Assembly: GCF_009914755.1 (NCBI RefSeq)
Contig: NC_060935.1
Length of the DNA: 64,000 nucleotides
Source: the human T2T-CHM13v2.0 reference genome, Homo sapiens
Reading direction: 5' to 3' (one strand)
The notes beneath the pieces were generated by a model. The model made no database searches and had not been told where the DNA came from. It saw nothing but the letters and a program-made list of their open reading frames with translations. Of this stretch, positions 56,785 to 64,000 are shown one piece after another. A program made the translations under genes and the position numbers. The number at the start of each line of letters is the position of its first letter. Positions within the stretch are counted from its first letter, which is position 1.

Positions 56785-57950
56785 ACATCCCACAGATATA
56801 CACATGGCTGACTCTCTCACTCTGGTTGTTATTCAGATGTTACCTTTTCAGGGATGCCTTCCCTGGCCACCCTGTCTGAAATTTCAACTACCATCTTCAA
56901 ATGTTTGGTATCCTCCTTCCTTGCTTGTTTGTTTGTTTTTTCCTTAGCACTTAACAGTGATATGCTGTATATACCATTCTCTTTTTCTTCTTAACTGTCT
57001 GCCCCTTCCTCCCCCAACTCCCTTCTCTACCGCCTTCCTCCATAGCACACTAGCTTGAAAGGTGGGATTTTTGTCTGACTTTTACCACTGTATCCTCAGT
57101 GCTAAGAGCATTTGATATGTAGAAGATACCCCATAAATATTTGTTGAAATAATTATTGAATGGAGGAATGAAAAGAAAGGTCCTACAGAAAGAGACATTG
57201 AGGAGATAGATGTGGCAATGATTGGGTGAAGAGAGGCAAGGATAGGGAGAAATTAAAAAATGGCAGTGAGGTGTTATATCTGAGTTTTAGTGTGAAAATT
57301 AAACCATTCTCTTATTTATTCAGAAGATGTCTATTAAGTTTCTACTGTATATCAGGTACAATGCACTTAGTACTGGATATGCAATATAGAACAAAATTAG
57401 ACATGGTCTTAGCCCTTAAGGAGCTTACAATTTAGTGGTTGAAATGGGCATTTATCAAGTAATTATTCAAGTGAATATGAAATTTCCACTGCCATGAAAG
57501 AGTATATAGTGCTCTTAGATCTCCGAACAGGAGGATTTAAAGTGGTAAGATTTTCTTGAGTGGGAAGTAATCATAAGGACAAAGAATCTAGACAATTAAA
57601 TAGGTTAAGAGGAGGGTAAAGAACATTTCAAAGAGGAAAGGGAACATGTACAAAAGTTCTGTGCTGGGAAGGAGCTTGGTAAGAATGAAAGATTGTAAGC
57701 AAGCCACTGAGTGAGTGTGCTGAAAATGCAAAGAGGGAGATGGTGCAAGATGAGGCTGGAGAGGCAGGTGGAGGTGAGAGATGATTAAGTCTGCTTTTTA
57801 AAAAGATAATTCTCTCTACACTGTGGAGGATGGATTGGTCCAGATTACTTATGAGGCTTTTGTCCAGACAAAAGATAATGAGTGGTAATAGTTGAGACAT
57901 TGGAGAAGAATGGGCAGATTTGAGGGAGATTTAAGAGGTAAAAAGCATAG
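56785..57950. mobile_element. Two L2 remnants, tail to tail (about 56785-57170 plus; 57300-57950 minus)
   Basis: cataaatatttgttgaa L2 terminus, then the reverse L2 terminus ttatttattcagaagatgtctattaag. Confidence 0.65.
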
Positions 57951-57974
57951 GACAAAGCTGACATTTATTAAATA

Positions 57975-58100
57975 CTGTGTGAGTTCAGGCTGCTAGAACG
58001 ACTAGGTTGCTTAAAAAAAAATGGACATTTATTTCTCACAATTCTGGAGAAGGGAAGTCTGAGATCAAGGTGCCCACAGATCCAGTATCTGTTGAGGACC
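57975..58100. mobile_element. MLT1/MST (ERVL-MaLR) LTR fragment
   Basis: atttatttctcacaattctggag..gggaagtctgagatcaaggtgcc. Confidence 0.7.
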
Positions 58101-59703
58101 TAGGACTTGAAGAAAAAGATTGTTTTCTGGCGCCATGAAGCTGGAGTGAAAGGTAAATTGTTTATGATACTTTCAATACTTTGGCTATTTTCTTAATATT
58201 TATTCTTAACTTTTTCCTTGCTATTGTTAATCATATTTAAGTTCCAAAACACCCACATGCTGATCCACTGTATACACATTATTTTATTTCATTTAGAAAC
58301 TTGTATCTGTAAAGTGACTTTAATTTATTTGAAAGAAGCATTTTATTGCTATTTTATGTAGAATAAGCATTACCACATAGAACCAATTAATACTGTTATA
58401 ACTATTAATCTATATAAAATTATATAAATTTTTCTGTGTAAAAATTTTATGTAAACTTTTATTTACATGAAAGTATACCAAAGAAATCACCCCGACAGTT
58501 AAAAGTTTGCCAGCTTAGTAACCATGACATTATTCATCTTTGGTACATTATTTGAAATTTGCTGTTTCTTTTCATGTGTTTATAGCTACATTGCCTTGGA
58601 CTAATATTCAACCTATTAGTTGACTTACCACCATTCAGAGACTGGTAAATTAAGTGTCAGGCAACACCCACTTGAGTCTGAATGTGATTTCTTACTTGTA
58701 TCTTTTCATAGCTATTTTATGAATTATAATGCCTAATAGAAAAGAAGGAAGGATTTTCTTGCATGTAAATTTCCATTGAATGCTCTGTGGGCATTTTCAT
58801 ATGGCAACCGTTTTAGCCAAGATAGAAACTTTGTTTCCCTATTTATGTATTAATGGTGTTTTATAGGTTGGGTAAAAAATAAATTAAGGATAGAAAAAAA
58901 ATTAACCAGAAATAACAGTATAATCTCTAGATTAATGCATGTTGCTGTTAGGTACTATATACTACATTCATATTCTATAAGAATGTTTAAAATAATCATA
59001 TAAATAATAATTTAGCTTTAATCAATATAATGCTAGAAATTGAAAATAGTTTGTATGAGAAAGACATTCGGGGAGTACAGTTTTGTAAATGTGTTGTTTG
59101 CTGAAAATCAACATTATGTATGTATGTTATATACATTTATTTTCAAGCTTCTTAAAAATTGGACATGTTGTAGTTTCTATAGTTTTTCCTCAAAATAATT
59201 TTAATGCTAGTGATAGAAACTTAAATTTTTTACAATGGACATTTTATATGAATCTTTCGCTGTGGTTTTATTTTGCAATGTTTTGCGTAAAAGTTGAAAA
59301 GTGAGCGGAAACTATGCAATCACTCTTTTTCCCTTTGTAGAATTCAGGGATATGGGATTTGCTGTAAAAGTGTGAGTAGGGAAACTAAATTCTATAAAAT
59401 GAATTTTATGATCATTCAGATTTAGTACTTAAGACTTTATTATTTAATTAGTCTTAGGTGATTTGGGATATTCTGACCATCAACTAAATTTTTTAGTCTA
59501 ATCTAAAGTGGTACTAATGGTGTTTTAGGAGAGTACAAATACATTAAATTCACTATACTGTATAAATTAGCCTTTGATGGTTTTCCTCTTTGTTAGGTTA
59601 ATTTATTCTAATGACTCAGACTGGGGGATCCTTTTATTTTTTATTTTTTTAATTTCTAACTTTTTTGTTTACATGGTCCTTTTGTTGCTGGATTTCTCAA
59701 CTT

Positions 59704-59753
59704 GTCCTCATAGGACATGATGGAGAAAGTCCTCATAGGACATGATGGAGAAA
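59704..59753 (+). repeat. Perfect 25-bp tandem duplication
   Basis: GTCCTCATAGGACATGATGGAGAAA twice. Confidence 0.97.
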
Positions 59754-60059
59754 GAAACATGTTCTAATAACATATTCTCAAGGTTAGCTTACAAAGGTAT
59801 TCCTCTGTCAAACACTTGAGGAATCTTTTAGATGCTATTCATTTACACAGCAACTCAGTAGACTAGGTCAACATGTCTATGAATAAGTGGTTATCTTGAA
59901 TATTTGAAATTGTTTAGATTTCCCCCAATTTTCTTAACATTTTATATAGTGATTTTGTGACATTGCAGAAGAAAAACACAGTCATACTTTGACATTGGTG
60001 TTTGTACTTTTTCTTAAATATAAAACTTGGGAAAAAATCTTCAAATCATATAAAATTAC

Positions 60060-60362
<303 letters not shown>

Positions 60363-60663
60363 CTTATAATTAGTTTTTAAATATGCTATAAAAGAACTTT
60401 AAAAAGTTGAATTCAATAAACATGTATTAATTTTTTTATGTATTTTGCATTGTGTTGGGGGATCTGGGGATTGCTAAAATAGTGAGTGAATAAGTGTGGA
60501 GGGGATAAACTATGCCCAGAAGATTTATCTTATAATTAAAGGCTTATTTTGTGGAATACCAGTATTAAGAAGACACTGAATACAATTTGATCACCTAAAT
60601 CTATAATTGATGGAGAAAAAGCTAGGGTACACAATTCATGGGGAAAAGAGAAGAGGGCTTTCA

Positions 60664-61030
<367 letters not shown>

Positions 61031-64000
61031 TTAAATATCAGGGTTTATAATCCAATAGGTAGGATAGTTTGTATGCACATAACCATAATAGTCATACTAT
61101 TTGAAAAAATAAGTGTTATAAGAAAGGCATGCTGTTCAAATTAGAGAAGGGAAAACACAAGCAGATGTATACATGTGAGTACTGGATCTTTAAAGAACAG
61201 AATATTTCAAATTTCAGTTAGAATACGTTGAGCTGATGGAAAGGTCTAGCAACTGACAGAGAGATGAAGGTCACTGGATTTGAGGTGTACATATTGTCAA
61301 AGTATGAGACATTGTGTCAGTCTACATGCGCAGATGTTGCATTCATGGTTATTCTGTTTATAAGTACAAACACTTAAACTTGACCACTTAAATATGACAT
61401 ATGGCATTGCTAAATATGACTTGATTTTCTGAAGTAGAGAGCTATTCTTGGTTAAGTTTCTTTTGATTTATGCAATAGTTACATTTCTAGAAAATTCAGT
61501 GTATATTAATTAAATCCTTATAAAAAGTACTGTGTGATATGAAAAATGACATTTTGTTTTAGGCTTGGATAATTGTTGCTGCCCCCTCTCCTTCATGAAT
61601 AGACACTGTAAGTCATGGAGACCTTGGATCAGTTTATTTTGTAGCATGTGCTGTGCATTTGTGCATTGCAGGATATCCACCATTCCTGTAGCTCACCCAT
61701 TAAGTGCTAGTGGCATCCTCCCATTTTTTTTTTTTAAATTACAGTCTAAACACATTTTCAGAATGCCCCCATTGAGCATTTCTAGGTTAGAGGAAAGAAG
61801 GCACAGAGCAATATGTCGATTAGACCCAAGGAGAAAGCTTCTATTTTGCACAGTGACCAATACGATAGAGATGTGAAGCAGAGAATCACCTGGCAACAGA
61901 GTTTCAAGTACGTTCCTGAAATAAAATTGCCATGAGGCAAGGTGGTAAAGTTTTCTTACCATCTCAACCTCCTGTCCACATTTAGCTTCTTTCCTCGCAC
62001 CATCTCTAGCCCAGGTTTACCTGGTAGCCTGGTTATGTTAACACCGGTGGCCCCAGTGAGAATTCTTGACTGGTTTTGGTAAAGTGTGTAATTTCAGCAT
62101 ACTTTCTAACTAAATTAGCATTTTTCTTCCTTTCTACTATACTTCCAAGCATTTTTTTTTTTTTTTTTTTTTGCCATTTGAAGGCAGTCACAAAAGATGC
62201 CTGATATTTCTCAGGTAAATGTTTATTTCTCTTATTTTTTTCTTGCTGTTAGGTAAATGTGTTGCATAAAATGTAATCTTTGTATTTCTGTTTGATTGTG
62301 AACATATCCAAATGCACTAAAATGCATTGGAATCAGTGAAGATGATCATTGCAGTTTTATCTTTTGTTCAAATTGATAAAGTTTTAATAGAGCCACCTTT
62401 GGCCAACTTTAACAGTTTTTGTTGTCTTGGAAGAATCGTCTCATATGCAGCAGATTACTTCTAATGATCCTGATAAATCGGAAGTATTACTTTCAAAAGA
62501 TTAATGTTATAAAGTCTAGCCTTGTTGAGCTATTTAGTTGTTGTACTTGTTCTAAATTTGGTGACCTTTGTAATGTGGAACAGTATTCTTCATTTTAAAT
62601 AAAATTTAGAGTGATTAAAAAAATGATTATTTACCTGGGGCATTAAACCAAGTCTGATGAGGTTTTTAGCTTCATTTGTGATGTAAAACCCATAGTGAAG
62701 ATTAGAAGTAGTTCCTGAAGTATGCATACCTTGTGAAATATATTTCTAGTTTCAATATCTTTCCTAGGGGAAATGCCCATGCTATGGAAATCACTATGAT
62801 TAGCATTAATTGTTATGCTTCTTGGGTCTCCTTGCAAAGAAGCCAGACTTGTAAAAACGAACCTCTTTTTTTGCCCTGTAAAGGTCATAGCAACAGACAT
62901 TGTCTTAAAATGGAATAGTATAATGGTCTCTTGACTGATTTAAATGGTAATATGTAATAATATACAATTATATTGTATGGGTGATATGGGTGGTATCTTT
63001 CATTAAGTTACATTTCTTTCATATTAAAATATATATAATTTTATGTGAGAAAAATTGAATATTTCATAAAATCCAATTTGTTCTTGTCCCTTAACCTTAC
63101 CTTTAATATATTACTTATTCTGTGTTTTAAACTGGTTGAAAATAATTTCTTCTCTCTCTGTTTTTATCATAATCTTGAAAATGAATCAGTTAAATCAATT
63201 AATTAATTTCAGCTGCTTTTAAGTTTGTCTTGCAGAGGGTTTCTTCCATGAGATTTTCATAAACTATAACTGAGTTTATATTTACCCTACAGTGAATTTT
63301 TAAATTATCCTTTGAAAATTCACATTGGGGTAGCTTATGGTATTACTACATTTCAGGAGAATTATTTCATCATCTTTGATATATGATACAGTTGCTTGTG
63401 TTTTGTTTTCATTACCACAGATTCCTGAAAAGTTTGTGAACACTGAATTTCAAAATCTTCTATTTTCCCCACTGCATTATATTATAATCTTAGTATGTTT
63501 TATTTGAACTTAGAGTACTGAATTAATACTTACTTACAAAATTGGTGTTTGTATTTTTAACAAGAAGATACATTTTTTTGAGTTTTAATTTTTATCTCCT
63601 TAGAAGGCAGTCCAAAAACATATTAGAATTATGATGCATAAGGAATTTAATTACAGTTTCTAAGTCTTACAAAGTAAAAAGTATTAATTGGTGTTATTTG
63701 TTGAAATATGTCATAAAGAACAATATCCTAACTGGGGGTATGGCTTAAGAGCAATCTGATTTAAGAAAAAGACGAAAAGTAAGATCTTAGGGTATCGTAA
63801 TTTTGTAAATTTTTGTTTCTTGGAATATTTAGAAAAATTGATTTTAAAATGTCTCTTGGAATAGCTGGGCTAGAAATGGTGGTTCAAGGGTGCAAGGAGA
63901 TTGTAGAATCCTCTAAAGGGAGCGTTTTTTACTACAATGGCAGGGAATAGATGCCTTATAGATGGGAGCTATGACTCGTGTTAAAAACCTTCAAGACAAT

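Noticed and set aside
58104-58152. Possible small exon ending AAG|GTAAAT next to the MLT1 fragment
   Set aside because: No convincing polypyrimidine tract before the candidate acceptors.

Overview
Primate (most likely human) genomic DNA, not prokaryotic. It holds the 5' halves of two head-to-head genes sharing a CpG-rich bidirectional promoter at about 38.8-39.1 kb. KIF18A (kinesin-8, minus strand) has a non-coding exon 1, coding exons 2-10 and the start of exon 11; all boundaries were read from GT-AG signals and give one continuous ORF. METTL15 (RsmH/MraW-family mitochondrial 12S rRNA m4C methyltransferase, plus strand) has two non-coding exons and a first coding exon of 90 codons, then a long intron that runs off the window. 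From memory this is the human 11p14.1 locus. The rest is intronic and full of decayed transposons: about 14 Alus, L1, L2, MIR, a near-full-length Tigger1, other Tigger/hAT elements, and solo LTR13A and MER4-group LTRs. Repeat subfamily names are from recalled consensus sequences and need a RepeatMasker/Dfam check. I cannot support a wholly new biological system. The best testable leads are: (1) a splice-dependent upstream ORF overlapping the KIF18A start codon; (2) an inverted-Alu-bracketed exon 4-10 block that would back-splice into a 942-nt circle with no stop codon; (3) a nested ~130-bp AT-rich palindrome; (4) several local duplications or templated insertions; (5) candidate micro/poison exons and recursive-splice motifs.
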